Shown: positions 1 through 17,827, counted from the first letter of the stretch. The stretch is DNA of 64,000 nucleotides from the human T2T-CHM13v2.0 reference genome, Homo sapiens (GCF_009914755.1 NC_060929.1), one strand, 5' to 3'. Notes: a model not told the origin generated them from the letters alone. Translations and numbers: made by a program.

Positions 1-130
1 GGTGATAAGTATGTGAGGTAATGCATATGTTAATTAGCTCAATTCAGTCATTCCACAAATTATACATATTTCAAAACAACATGTTGTGCATGATAAATAT
101 ATACAATTTTTTGTCAGTTAAAATCTTTTA
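1..130 (+). mobile_element. 3' end of an old L1 (L1MA-like)
   Basis: ggtaatgcatatgttaattagctc...aatatatacaatttt motif with an A-rich end. Confidence 0.65.
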
Positions 131-239
131 AACAAAAAAATCAACTGGAATTGCACAATATTAAACGTAATAATATCTTTGAACTGGAAATGCCTTTAGA
201 GATCTAAGTAGCACCTTTCAAAGACGAATATGGAAATAA

Positions 240-680
240 TGCCTGGCTAGATTAGAAGACAGAGAGTCTAGGGGTGAGAAGCTAAGTGACAGATGATAAG
301 GGTTTAAACTTAGAGTGATGACTTCAGAAGTCAAGAGGAAGAGTCTAATATGGGAGATGTTATGAAGTACGAACTGACAGACTGATCACGATGTAAAAGG
401 AAGAGAGAGGAATCTACAGTAACATCAGTTTCAACCCTTGGTGAACACAGCGATGATAGTACTCACCATTTTAAAAAAAAAAAAAGTCTTTTTGTGAGTA
501 GGGGTGTAATGATGACAGTTTATGGTCAAGTTCAGCTGAGGTGAACAGAGGATCCAAGTGCATTTCCACCAAGTGGTTGGAGATTTATGACTAGGATTCA
601 GAAGTGTTCAAAGCTAAGGATGTGGATTTGGAAGTCATTTGTATAGAGGAAGTTTCTGCCAATATTGAAACTATGGTCCT
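240..680 (-). mobile_element. L2 fragment
   Basis: Degenerate L2 motif tggatttggaagtcat. Confidence 0.45.
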
Positions 681-1467
681 ACAACAGCTTCTGGCTTCTG
701 AGAAGTCACAGATATTGTGTCTCTTTTATGTGGACACACAAGAAAATCATGCCCTATGTTTTTGTTATCCCAAGAGAGAGAAGAGTAGGCTGAGCATACT
801 CCACAACTAGTATTTTTCATCAAAGAACACAATAAATATAATAAAGTCGATCTGTGTAATGTAAAACAATAAGGACTTCTTCTTATTTGTCTTTGCATTT
901 CCCATGGCTTGCACATAGTAATTGGTTCCCAAAATACTTGTTGATTGAATTCAGATGAAAGCTAGCTTTTAAGATAATTAACATAACTAAAATAGTTATT
1001 GAGAACAGTTTACAATGCTCAGTTTTTATCCTATGTAAGTACTGTTGGGAAATAGTAGAAAGCCCAAAGAAACTGGAAAAGGTTGGGTTGTGTATTTCTC
1101 AAAATGGAAGGAAAAAGATGAAAATTCTTCCTTTTGTACCCTAATTAATCATTAGCAAAAATTTTGAAACCAAAATATCAACTTTTAATCATTATCATCA
1201 TTGTTAATCTTCCCAAGCAGTACTTAGATTTGTGCCATAAAATTTAACATCTGCTTATATATTCTTTTCTTTATCCTCAAAATTATAGAAACAAAATTTT
1301 AGAACTGGAAAAACCTCACTGCATGATAAAAATTTAGGATGCTAATAGTTGTTCAACATCCGGTATATCTTAGCTCCTGGCCTGAAACTGCACATTTGTG
1401 AAGTCTATATTCCTTGCTTGTTTGAAATCTTCCAGGTTAGCAGAATGTTCAGTACATGGTTTTACTG

Positions 1468-2523
<1,056 letters not shown>

Positions 2524-4655
2524 TAAATGTTATCTTTCAAATAAAGCAAATAGTAAGTGAGTAAGCTTAAAACTAGTCATTTGGGCATTTTGCCCACGTA
2601 TCCTCATTTATTATACATATTTTTGCATTTTTTTAGTTTACCAGTGTCCTCCCAGAGACCTACCTATAGATTAGTCTAGAAGTCAGACTATAGGGGTAGT
2701 TTCAACAAGATGTCTTGATCCCTGTGTAAGGGACATGTGTAAACCTTGTATACATCTCTTTGTAATTTCACTTCTACATTTAAGGAGTGAACAGACCAGC
2801 ATCAGCATCAAGTTCCTGGTTTCCCAGAAGGATACTTCTGAGTCACAACAGCAAAACCAGCAGTTGTCCCAAGCACAAGGCTAGGATTCTCTCACCTTCC
2901 TCAGAGGAATCCATCAGACAAAATGAAAGGCAGTTATATAAACATTCAGAGTAAACATTCAATTGTCCTTCTGATTATGTTGAACACACACACACATACA
3001 CACATGCACACACAAAGTGGTCAGAGGGCATGGAAGCTTTTCAGGAAAGACTTGTAAATTTAACAAGCACAACTTCAAACAAAGCGTTTCATATTAGACT
3101 GCAGAATCCAGTGAAGAATCTGCAGGATTAGTGTTAATTTAATAAATAGTGCTGCTCTGCCCCTCTGTGGGAATACTGAGAAGTGCATGAGAAGATGCAC
3201 AGAATTCAGAATCAACTAATACAGATACCATTAGTTAGAGAAAGAGGCTAAGTACAAATAAAATCCAGAGGCTTCTCTTCTAATACGAAATCCATGCCAA
3301 ATATTTATATTTTCTGAGTATAGTGTCACTAGATGCAAAACGATAAGATATAAATGACTTGGAACGTGATTTGCAAATGTCAGTTTTAAATTCATCTACT
3401 TTTAAAGTTGAATTCAATGTATCTATATACTTATTTTCTATTTCTTCCACGTGAAATGTCACTCGGTGGTGTATAAAACATGGTTACAAGTTTAAAAGTG
3501 AAACACAGGGATAACAGTGATAATTAACATTGATTGAGTGATTGCTATATATCAGGCACCAGGCAAATATTAATTCTTTTAATCTTCATACACAACACTC
3601 TGAGGGAGACAGGAAACCTCATGGTATACAGGACACCTCAAAGACCTTTAGGTAAATACATAAGCCCAAGACCACTTCTCAAGTGAGAGTCAGAATCCAA
3701 GTCCAAGTATCCTACCTCCCAGTGCAGCATTTATTTCACTTACACAAAGATGTTTGGTTCACAGCCCTGAAGAGAAACCATTTACCAGACTAACCTTGAT
3801 TAAGAAATGTCTATCAAAACTGAATAAACAGAAAGTATTGCAACTGCATCTGACAATTACATGTTTTCTTCCTACTGTTTTTAATATTGAAAGAAAAAGA
3901 TGCTGACAAAATTATGAAAAAAAAGCATGACAATTATTTATTCCATTATATATTAAGCAGGCTCACTTTAAAATAAGTTGATTAGCATTAAAGTCTTATC
4001 TGAAGGCCCACAATGAACTTGAAATGATTCTACTTTCCCGAAGTTTATATATTTTCCCCCATGATCAAACATAATTAAATCCTGTTTCTAAAATCTAGAC
4101 ATCCATATGAGAGTTCCCAAGGAGTTCCTATGGCTTGGTCTTCACAAGGCATCTACTTTCTGCCTGGTTCCTATTTGTTTGCTTATTTATTTGTTTTTGG
4201 ATTTTGTTTTGTTTAGTTTTTTTTTTTTGCTTTGGTTTTTGTTTTGTCTAGTGTTTTTGTTTTTGTTTGGTTTTGTTTCTTTTGTCACTATGGAGCTATA
4301 ACACCAACCATCATTTAGATTTGTAACCTTCAATCTTGTGAAAACGTTTTGAAAACTCCAGGCTAAATTTTTATTTCTTCAGTAAGCTCCTGGAAATCAA
4401 GATACTTTATATTTTCAAAAATAAAATTCCTACCCCCAAACTGACTGTGCTCATGGCAGTTTACAACTACTACCAGGAATGAACAAATAAAAGGACTAGG
4501 ATCAAGTTAACACCGACTTGATAGAACACAGTTTCAAACTTACAAGTGGGTTACAAAAAGTTAATTGGCAAGTCAAATGAATGGAAATTGTGATGGGTTT
4601 TCCCATTCATTTACTTATTTTTTTTCTATTTACATTATGGCTTACAAAATAATAA

Positions 4656-5403
<748 letters not shown>

Positions 5404-5999
5404 GTTTTCGCATTTAAAAGCTAATAGTAATAGCATTTACTTTTAGTAAAGCTTGTTGTTGTCATAAAATGTTTAATCATTAGACCCCTGCAAGATAGGC
5501 GCCTCCCCCGGGCCCCACACCTTGAGGTCCTGCTCTGAACCTGCTCCTGCTCACCCCTCTGCCTGTGCCTGGAGCTAGGAAATCACAGGGACGTGGGACA
5601 CGCCCACCCAGAGTCGGCCACTTCTACAGGTACCTGCGCTGCCTAGCGTGCAGGGCGCCTAAGCAGGGAGGTGTCTGGTAGAGAGATGGAAGAAGCATGG
5701 TCAAGAGAGTTGCAGTGTCCGCACGCTGTGCACGAGCCCCCTCGCTATGAGGTGCTGGGCAGAGCTGCCACTGGAACAGAAGGAAAAAGGGGGTGGCCCG
5801 TGGACTTAGAGCTGCATTGGGAGCCAGCCCTCCCTGCAGAGCCACATTCTGACAGAAATCCCCTATGAGTCTGAAAAATCTGAACCTAGCCTTCCAGATC
5901 CTTACTAAGGTATATGAGCAAGGAAGGAAGCCAGAACAGAATGTTTTAATCAAATGTTAGCTAGATTTTTTAAAAAGAAAGGATCAAACAAAACTTGGC

Positions 6000-7170
6000 A
6001 AAATACAGAACCAGGCAACACACATTAGAAGCACTGTTAATAGCTAATATATGAAAATCTGTTCAACCTGGGGAAAATGGAATACAAATTAGTCAATAGG
6101 AAGCCCTTGGCCAGGCACGGTGGCTCACGCCTGTAATCCCAGCACTTTAGGAGGCTGCAGCAGGCTGATCTCTTGAGCTCAGGAGTTCGAGACCAGCCTG
6201 GGCAATATGGTGAGGCCCTGTCTCTACTAAATATGCAAAAACAAAACAAAACAAAAAAGCCGGGCATGGTGGTGCACACCTGTGGTCCCAGCTACTTGGG
6301 AGGCTGAGGTGGGAGGATCACCTGAGCCTGGGGGGCGGAGGTTGCAGTTAGCAAGATCACTGCTACTGCACTCCAGCCTAGGTGACAGAGTGAGACTCCA
6401 TCTCAAAAAAAAAAAAAAAAAAGAAAGAAAGAAAAATCACAATGAGATACCACCTCACACCCACTAGAATGGCTGGAACTGAGAAGACAGACAATAACAA
6501 GTGTTCGTGAGGACACAGAGAAATTGAAACCCTCATATCTTGCTGATGAGAATGTAAAATGGTATAGCCACTATGGAAAATTTGACAGTTTCTCAAAAAA
6601 TTTATATAGAGTTACTATGTACTACAATTCCACTCCTAGAGAAATAGAAACATATATCCACAAAAAAACTTATCCACAAATATTCATAGCAGCATTTTCA
6701 TAGCAGCCAAAAAGTGGGAACAACCCAGATGTCCATTAACTGATGAATAGATAAACAAAATATGATATATCCTTTCAATGGAATATTATTCAGTCCTAAA
6801 AAGGAATGAAGTACTGATATAAGCTACAACATGGATGAACCTTGAAAATGTATGCTAAGTGAAAGAAGCTGGAAACAAAAGACCTTATGCTGTATGATTC
6901 TGCTTATGTGAAATGTCCAAAGTAGGCAACCCTGTAGAGACAGAAAGTAGATTAGTATTGCTTAGTGCTAGGAGACTAGCAGTTGGGAGAAAGTAGAGTG
7001 ACTGCTAAGGGGTACATGGTTTCTTTTTGGAGTAAAGAAAGTATTCTAAAATTCGAGTGTGGCAATGATGGCACATCTCTGTGAACATACTAAAGACCAA
7101 TGAATTGTATACTTTAAGCAGGTGGATTTTATGGTATGTGAATTATATTTCAAGAAAGCTATAATTTTTT
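6000..7170 (+). mobile_element. L1MB-like 3' region interrupted by an Alu (~6109-6435)
   Basis: acatggatgaaccttgaaaa...gctaagtgaaagaagc 3' UTR motifs. Confidence 0.8.
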
Positions 7171-7910
7171 AAAATGCATTATTGGTAATGGTACTGGACA
7201 ACTGATTTCTCATATACCCATGGAAATACACAGCCTTTCAAGAGGGCAGTTTCTCTTTGAAAAGGTAAAATATACATATGCTTTGATATAGAAATTACAA
7301 TTCTAGATAGCTCTCCTATTTGCACATATCTACACATAATTACAAAAATGTGTATAAAGATGGTAGTTGCAGGATGTTGTAATAGTTAAATATAGAAATC
7401 AACCCAAAGGCTCATCAGTAGGAGAGTGATTAAATAGATTATGGTACTTTCATGCTATTGTTAAAGAATGAAATTTTGTGTCTTGTTTTGAAAAATAAAT
7501 ATATGTAACAAACCTGCATATGTACCTCCTAAATCTAAAAGTTGAAATTATTTTTTAAAAATAATTTTAAAATTAAAAAATAAAATAAATATTTTAGAGA
7601 CACAAAATTTTTAAACTTGGTTCAACTGGCAAGAAGAAAAGGCTATCTACAATTCTGAGTCTAGATATTTTCCATTGCCTGGGAAGATAATTTACATAAT
7701 GTATATATCAATGTATTATTTATAAGATGACTGAGATCATATTAATGGGTAAATTATCACAAAGTTAGTGAAAATTTTTAATCTCCTGAACAAATACAAT
7801 TCCATGGAGCAAATTACAATTTCCTACAAAAAGTCTACTCTGTATTTACTTAAGTTTATAGGTTATAACCTTTAATAGCTGCTATCACACATTGAAATTT
7901 CAAAGAAACA

Positions 7911-8230
7911 GGCCAGGTGTGGTGACTCATGCCTATAATCTCAGCACTTTAGGAGTACTAAGTGGGAGGATCACTTGAGCCGGGGAATTTGAGACCAGCT
8001 AGGGCAACATAGTGAGACCTCATCTCTACAAGGTCTACTTTTTAAAATAATAGTTTTAAAAAATTAGCCAGGCATGGTGGTGCACATGTCTGGTCCTAGC
8101 TACTAAGGAGGCTGAGGCAGGAAAATCGTTTGAGTCTAAGAGGTTAAAGCTGCGGTGAGTGGTGATTGTACCCTGCACTGCAGTTTGGGCAACAGGGTGA
8201 GGTCCCATCTCAAAAAATGAAAAATGAAAA
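7911..8230 (+). mobile_element. AluJ-like element
   Basis: Diverged Alu dimer. Confidence 0.9.
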
Positions 8231-8456
8231 AACTAAATTAAACTACTAACCTTAAAGAATTTTTGGATGCAAATCTTGTCCATTATGTTCTTAGGATCAC
8301 CAAATATAAGCATACTTTATCTTCCTTCATTTCCTTCCTTTTGGAAATTAACTTGATAAACAGCTTCATCCTTTTATTTTCTTCAAGATTTCTTATTATA
8401 TACCATTGAGACTTGAAAACTATGGTTCTCTTTACTCTCATTTTAACCAAAGGTGA

Positions 8457-8798
<342 letters not shown>

Positions 8799-10880
8799 TC
8801 ATGCAACAATTTATTTAAATTCTAACTAATCAGTATCTTCAAAACACAGTATTAAGTGAAAAACATGTGTGTGCTTAGATCTATGGAAGGGAAAGAAATT
8901 AAGAAGATACATAACTGGATTACATTTTTACTCATATATACCCAAATTGTTTGACTTTTTATAATGTATATTAACTCACAAATTTTTTATATAATCTAAA
9001 TAAGTAAATACGATGTAGCTGAATAGATTATCCTGAGAGCAGCGTTCCATGTGACTCAGGAAGAATAAGCAAAAGGACTCACTCACCCTGTCTGGAAATG
9101 ACTGTCTTTTAACTCTCCAGATTTTTCATATTTTTAATGATAATACTTCCTCACCCAAATAAATATTCATCTGTAGAAATTAATGCAGTTAAAAAGAAAA
9201 GATGACATGGACAACTAAGGAAGAATGGTGCAATTTTTTTGGAGAAAAGTGTAATGGTGTAAAAGGGTATGTATTGATGAAGTTGAGCTCCCTCTCTCTT
9301 TTTCTGGTTTTCCCAAAAGCTCCCCCTTCTCTTCTGAGCCAGAGACTACCTAACATTCCAAGTTCCACCACAGGCAATAAGATTCTCATAAGTAGTGAAG
9401 GGTGTGCATGTCTTTTTATAAGACACTTATAGAGTAGTTACAATCAACACTTTCCTCCTAACTTTAAAATAATAAATTTTATTCACTGGATGTCACAAAA
9501 ACTGACATCCCACCCTTAGCCTAACTCTACAGCATTCAGCTAAGCAAGTTTGCATACACAATCTAAAAAGAGACTAACGTTCCTAAAAGCCTTGCATTCC
9601 AAGAAAAGCCATGAATGCTAGAACATTCTAGCTTCCTTTAACAAAACAGAGGCACATCTTATATTTTTTCTAAATCAAAACTGACTCAAATGTCGTCTAA
9701 CTAGAATTGTGGATTGCCATTTTTGTAAGCTATAAATAGTTTGTTCTTTCGATTTAGTGAGCGAGTATTTCTGAAAGCTAGACTCCCTTGCAAACAATGC
9801 AAGAGGTGGTGGGGAGGGGGAGATACACACAATATACTTTTACATAATAAGCAATATTCTTTTTTATATATATACTTTAAGTTCTCGGGTACATGTGCAC
9901 AACGTGCAGGTTTGTTACATAGATATACATGTGCCATGTTGGTTTGCTGCACCCATCAACTCGTCATTTACATTAGGTATTTCTCCTAATGTTATCCCTC
10001 CCCCAGCCCCCCACCCTGCAACAGGCCCTGGTGTGTGATGTTCCCCGCCCTCTGTACATTTGTTATTGTTCAACTCCCACTTATGAGTGAGAACATGCAG
10101 TGTTTGGTATTCTGTCCCTGTGATATTTTGCTGAGAATGATGGTTTCCAGCTTCATCCATGTCCCTGCAAAGGACATGAACTCATCCTTTTTTAGGGCTG
10201 CATAGTATTCGATGGAGTATATGTGCCACATTTTCTTTATCTAGTCTATTATTGATGGACATTTGGGTTGGTTCCAAGTCTTTACTATTGTGAATAGTGC
10301 CATAATAAACATATGTGTGCATGTGTCTTTATGGTGGCATGATTTATAATCCCTTGGGTATATACCTCATAATGGGTAAAACGGTATTTCTAGTTTTAGA
10401 TCCTTGAGGAATCGCCACACTGTCTTCCACAATGGTTGAACTAATTTACACTCCCAACAGTGTAAAAGTGTTCCTATTTCTCCACATCCTCTCCAGCATC
10501 TGTTGTTTCCACACCATTCTAACTGTCATGAGATGGAACTTAATTGTGGTTTTGATTTGCATTTCTCTGATGACTAGTGATGATGAGCACTTTTTCATAT
10601 GTCTGTTGGCTGCAAAAATGTCTTCTTTTGAGAAGTGTCTGTTCATATCCTTTGCCCACTTTTTGATGGGATTGTTTTTTTCTTGTAAATATGTTTAAGT
10701 TCTTTGTAGATTCTGGATATTAGCCCTATGTCAGATGGGTAGATTGCAAAAATTTTCTCCCATTCTGTAGGTTGCCTGTTCACACTGATGATAGTTTATT
10801 TTGTTGTGCAGAAGCTCTTTAGTTTAATTAGATCCCATTTGCCTATTTTGGCTTTTGTTGCCATTGCTCTTGGTATTTTA

Positions 10881-11024
<144 letters not shown>

Positions 11025-11691
11025 TTATAGCTTTCTACGTATGGCTACCCAGTTTTCCTGGTACCATTTATTAAATAGGGAATCCTTTCCCCATTGCTTG
11101 TTTTTGTCAGGTTTGTCAAAGATCAGATGGTTGTAGATGTGTGGTTTTATTTCTGAGGCCTCTGTTCTGTTCCATTGGTCTGTATATCTGTTTTCGTACC
11201 AGTACCATGCTCTTTTCGTTACTGTAGCCTTGTAGAATAGTTGGAAGTCAGGTAGCATGATGCCTCCAACTTTGTTCTTTTTGCTAAGGATTGTCTTGGC
11301 TATGCGGGGTCTTTGTTGGTTCCATATGAAACTTAAAGTAGTTTTTCCCAATTCTGTGAAGAAAGTCAGTGGTATCTTGATGGGGATAGCATTGAATCTA
11401 TACATTACCTTGGGCAATATGGCCATTTTCACATTATTGATTCCTCCTATCCATGAGCATGGAATGTTCTTCCATTTGTTTGTGTCCTCTTTTATTTCAT
11501 TGAGCAGTGGTTTGTAGTTATCCTTGAAAAGGTCCTTCACATCCCTTGTAAGTTGGATTCCTGGGTATTTTATTCTCTTTGTAGTAATTGTGAATGGGAG
11601 TTCACTAATGATTTTGCTCTCTGTTTGTCAGATCTTGATGTATAGGAATGCTTGTGATTTTTGCAGATTGATTTTGAGACTTTGCAGATTA

Positions 11692-11988
<297 letters not shown>

Positions 11989-12772
11989 TTATTATTTTGA
12001 GATACATTCCATCAATACCTAGTTTATTGAGAGTTTTTAGCATGAAGGGCTGTTGAATTTTGTCAAAGGCCTTTTCTGCATCTATTGAGATAATCAAGTG
12101 GTTTTTGTCCTTGGTTCTGTTTATGTGATGGATTATGTTAATTAATTTGTGTATGTTGAATCAGACTTGCATCACAGGGATGAAGCCGACTTCATCATGG
12201 TGGATAAGCTTTTTGATGTGCTGCTGGATTCGGATTGCCAGTATTTTATTGAGGATTTTCACATCACTGTTCATCGGGCATATTGGTCTAAAATTCTCTT
12301 TTTTCGTTGTGTCTCTTCCAGGCTTTGGTATCAGGATGATGCTTACCTCGTAAAATGAGTTAGGGAGGATTCCCTCTTTTTGTATTGATTGGAAGAGTTT
12401 CAGAAGGAATGGTACCAGCTCCTCTTTGTAGCTCTGGTAGAATTCAGCTGTGAATTCATCTGGTCCTGGACTTGTTTTGGGTGGTGGGCTATCAATTATT
12501 GCCTCAATTTCAGAACCTGTTATTGGTCTATTCAGAGATTCAACTTCTTCCTGGTATAGTCTTGGAAGGGTGTATGTGTCCAGGAATTTATCCATTTCTT
12601 CTAGATATCCTAGTTTATTTGCATAGAGGTGTTAATAGTATTCTCTGATGGTAGTTTGTATTTCTGTGGGATCGGTGGTGATATCATCTTTATCATTTTT
12701 TATTGCATCTATTTGATTCTTCTCTCTCTTCATTAGTCTTGCTAGCAGTCTATCAATTTTGTTGATCTTTTA

Positions 12773-12877
<105 letters not shown>

Positions 12878-14130
12878 TTAATTTGTTTGTTCTTGCTTCT
12901 CTAGTTCTTTTAATTGCAATGTTAAGGTGTTGATTTCCGATCTTTCCTGCTTTCTCTTGTGGGCATTTAGTGCTATAAATTTCCCTCTTCACACTGCTTT
13001 GAATGTGTCCCAGAGATTCTGGTATGTTGTGTCTTTTTTCTCATCATTTTCAAAGAACATCTTTATTTCTGCCTTCCTCTCGTTATGTACCCAGTAGTCA
13101 TTCGGGAGCAGGTTGTTCAGTTTCCATGTTGTTGTGCAGTTTTGAGTGAGTTTCTTAATCCTGCATTCTAATTTGATTGCACTGTAGTCTGAGAGACAGT
13201 TTGTTGTCATTTCTGTTCTTTTACATTTGCTGAGGAGTGTTTTACTTCCAGTTATGTGGTCAATTTTAGAATAAGTGTGATGGTGCTGAGAAGAATGTAT
13301 ATTCTGTTGATTTGGGGTGGAGAGTTCTATAGATGTCTATTAGGTCCACTTGGTCCATAGCTGAGTTCAAGTCCTGAATACCCTTGTTAAATTTCTGTCT
13401 CGATCTAATATTGACAATGGGATGTTAAAGTCTCCCATTATTATTGTGTGGGAGTCTAAGTCTCTTTGTAGTCTCTAAGGGCTTGCTTTATGAATCTGGG
13501 TGCTCCTGTATTGGGTGCATATATATTTAGGATAGTTAGCTCTTCTTGTTGAATTGATCCCTTTACCATTATGTAATGGCCTTCTTTGTCTCTTTTGATC
13601 TTTGTTGGTTTAAAGTCTGTTTTATCAGAGACTAGGATTGCAACCCCTGCTTTTTTTTGCTTTCCATTTGCTTGGTAAATATTCCTCCATCCCTTCATTT
13701 TGAGCCTATGTGGGTCTTTGCATGTGAGATGGGTCTCCTGAATACAGCACACTGATGGGTCTTGACTCTTTATCCAGTTTGCCAGTCTGTATCTTTTAAT
13801 TGGAACATTTAGCCCATTTACATTTAAGGTTAATATTTTTATGTGTGAATTTGATCCTGTCATTATGGTGCTAGCTGTTTATTTTGCCCATTAATTGATG
13901 CAGTTTCTTCATAGTGTCGATGGTCTTGACAATTTGGCATGTTTTTGCAGTGGCTGGTACCGGTTGTTCCTTTCCATGTTTAGTGCTTCCTTCAGGAGCT
14001 CTTCTAAAGGCAGGCCTGGTGGTGACAAAATCTCTCAGCATTTGCTTGTCTGTAAAGGATTTTATTTCTCCTTCACTTATGAAGCTTAGTTTGGCTGGAT
14101 ATGAAATTCTGGGTTGAAAATTCTTTTCTT

Positions 14131-14446
14131 GACCAGGCACAATGGCTCACGCCTGTAATTCCAGCACTTTGGGAGGCCGAGGCAGGCGGATCACAAGGTC
14201 AGGAGATCGAGACCATCCTGGCTTACACAGTGAAACCCCATCTCTACTAAAAATACAAAAAAAAAAAAAAATTAGCCGGGCCTGGTGGCAGGTGCCTGTA
14301 GTCCCAGCTACTTGTGTGAGGCAGAGAATGGCGTGAACCCTGGAGGTGGAGCTTGCAGTGAGTCGAGACCGTGCCACTGCACTCAGCCTGGGCAACAGAG
14401 CAAGACTCCATCTCAAAAAAAAAAAAAAAAAGAAAGAAAGAAAAGA
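14131..14446 (+). mobile_element. AluY inserted in L1 ORF1
   Basis: AluY-type motifs; TSD gaaaa(t)tcttttctt. Confidence 0.93.
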
Positions 14447-16215
14447 AAATCTTTTCTTTAAGAATGTTGGAATATTGGCCCCCACTCTCTTCTGACTTGT
14501 AGGGTTTCTGCAGAGAGATCTACTGTTAAGCCTGATGGGCTATCCTTTGTGGGTAAGCCAACCTTTCTCTCTGGCTGCTCTTAACATTTTTTCCTTCATT
14601 TCAACCTTGGTGAATTTGACAATTATGTGTCCTGGGGGCTCTTCTTGAAGAGTATCTTTGTGGTGTTCTCTGTATTTCCTGAATTATAATGTTGGCCTGA
14701 CTTGCTGGGTTGGGGAATTTCTCCTAGATAATATCCTGAAGAGTGTTTTCTTACTTGGTTCCATTCTCCCCATCAGTTTCAGGTACACCAATCAAACGTA
14801 AATTTGGTCTTTTCACATAGTCCCATATTTCTTGGAGGCTTTGTTTGTTTCTTTTCACTCTTTTTTCTCTAATCTTGTCTTCTCACTTTATTTCATTACT
14901 TTGATCTTCAGTCACTGATATTCTTTCTCCTGTTTGATCGATTCGGCTATTGATGCTTATGTATGCTTCACGAAGTTCTCATACTGTGGTTTTCAGCTCC
15001 ATCAGGTCATTTAAGGTCTTCTCTACACTGGTTATTTTAGTTAGCCATTCGTCTAACCTTTTTTCAAGGTTTTTAGCTACCTTGCAATGGGTTCAAACAT
15101 CCTCCTTTAGCTCGGAGAACTTTGTTATTACCAACCTTCTGAAGCCTACTTCTGTCAACTCATCAAACTCATTCTCTGTCCAGTTTTCTTCCCTTGCTGG
15201 TGAGGAGTTGTGTTCCTTTGGAGGAGAAGAGGCATTTTGGTTTTTGGAATTTTCAGCCTTTCTGCCCTGGTTTCTCCCCATGTTTGTGGTTTTATCTACC
15301 TTTGGTCTTTGATGTTGGTGACCAACGGATGGGGTTTTGGTGTGGATGTCCTTTTTGTTGATGTTGATGCTATTCCTTTCTGTATGTTAGTTTTCCTTCT
15401 AGCAGAGAGGCCCCTCACCTGCAGGTCTGTTGGAGGTTGCCGGAGGTCCACTCCAGACGCTGTTTGCCTGGGTATCACCAGCAGAGGCTGCAGAACAGCA
15501 AATATTGCTGCCTGATCCTTCCTCTGGAAGCTTCGTCCCAGAGGGGCACCCACCTCTATGAGGTGTCTGTTGGCCCCTACTGGGAGGTGTCTCCCAGTCA
15601 GGCTACACTGGGGTCAGGGACCCACTTGAGGAGGCAGTCTTTCCATTATCAGATCTCAAACACCATGCTGGTCCTCTTCATAGCTGTCGGACAGGGATGT
15701 TTAAGTCTGCAGAAACTGTCTGCTGCCTTTTGTTCAGATACGTCCTGCTCCCAGAGGTGAAATCTAGAGAGGCTGTAGGCCTTGCTGAGCTGCAGTGGGC
15801 TCCGCCCAGTTTAAGCTTCCCTGCCGCTTTGTTTATACTGTGAGCATAGAACTGCCTACTCAAGCCTCAGCAATGGCAGACGCCCCTCCCCCTGCCAAGT
15901 TCCCGCTTCCCAGGACAATCTCAGACTGCTGTGCTAGCAGCGAGCAAGGCTCCTTGGGCGTGGGACCTGCCAAGCCAGGCACAGGAGGGAATCTCCTGGT
16001 CTGCTGGTTGTGAAGACCATGAAAAATTTGCAGTATTTGGGCAGAAGTGTACGGTTCCTCCAGGTACCGTCACTCATGGCTTCCCTTGGCTAGTAAAGGG
16101 AAATCCCCAGACCACTTGCACTTCCCAGGTGAGGCAATGCCCCACCCTGCTTTGGCTCACCCTCCATGGGCTGCACTCACTGTCCAACCAGTCCCAGTGA
16201 GATGAACCAGGTACC

Positions 16216-17333
16216 TGTTGCGGGAAGTCAGGGACCCCGAATGGAGGGACCGGCTGGAGCCACGGCAGAGGAACATAAATTGTGAAGATTTCATTTTAAT
16301 ATGGACATATATCAGTTCCCAAGTAATACTTTTATAATTTATTATGCCTGTCTTTACTTCAATCTCTGAACATAAATTGTGAAGATTTCATTTTAATATG
16401 GATATTTATCAATTCCCAAATAATACTTTTATAATTTCTTATACCTGTCTTTACTTTAATCTTTTAATCCCATTATCTTTGTAAGCTGAGAATGTATGTC
16501 ATCTCAGGACCACTATTGTGTTAACTGTACAAACTGATCGTAAAACATGTGTGTTTGAACAATATGAAATCAGTGCACCTTGAAAAAGAACAAAATAACA
16601 GCGATTTTAGGGAACAAGGAAAGACAACAATAAGGTCTGACTGCCTGCAGTGTCAGGCGGAATAGAGCCATATTTTTCTCTTGCAGAGAGCCTATAAATG
16701 GATGTGCAAGTAGGGAAGATATCACTAAATTCTTTTCCTAGACAGGAATATTAATAATTAATACCCTGGGAAACGAATGCATTCCTGGAGGAAGGTCTAT
16801 AAACAGCCACTCTGGGAGTGTCTGTCTTATGTGGTTGAGATAAGGACTGAAATACACCCTGGTCTCCTGCAGTACCCTCAGGCTTATTAGGGTGGGGAAA
16901 AAACCCCACCCTGGTAAATTTGAGGTCAGACCAGTTCTCTGCTCTTGAACCCTGTCCTCTGTTGTTTAAGATGTTTATCAAGACAATACATGCACAGCTG
17001 AACATAGACCCTTATCAGTAGTTCTGAATTTGCCCCCATACTGTTTGCTCAGAAGAATATGATATTTGTTCTCCTTTTTGCCCTTTGAAGCATGTGATCT
17101 TGTGACCTACTTCCTGTTCTTTCATCCCCTCTCCTTTTGAAATCCTTAATAAAACTTGCTGGCTTTAAGGCTCAGGTGGGCATCACGGTCCTACCGATAT
17201 GTGATGTCACCCCTGAAGGCCCAGCTGTAAAATTCCTCTCTTTGTACTCTTTCTCTTTATTTCTCAGCCGGCTAACCCTTATGGAAAATAGAAAGAACCT
17301 ATGTTGAAATATTGGGGGCAGGTTCCCCCGATA
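16216..17333 (+). mobile_element. MER11 solo LTR (HERV-K11/HML-8)
   Basis: Starts TGTTGCGGGAAGTCAGGGACCCC, ends ttcccccgata; 6-bp TSD ggtacc at 16210-16215 and 17334-17339. Confidence 0.92.
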
Positions 17334-17511
17334 GGTACCTCATTTGGAAATGCAGAAATCACCCGTCTTCTGCATCAATCTCACTGGGAGCTGTAGTCTA
17401 GAGCTATTCCTATTCAGCCTTCTTGGAAGCGACATCCCCTGAAGAATGATCATAATATTCTTACATGTAGGACTTTCTGCCCAAAACCTGCTTATTAGAC
17501 AGGAAGCAATG

Positions 17512-17827
<316 letters not shown>

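Noticed and set aside
4107-4301. Hydrophobic 64-aa ORF resembling a membrane micropeptide
   Set aside because: It is the translation of a T-rich low-complexity repeat.
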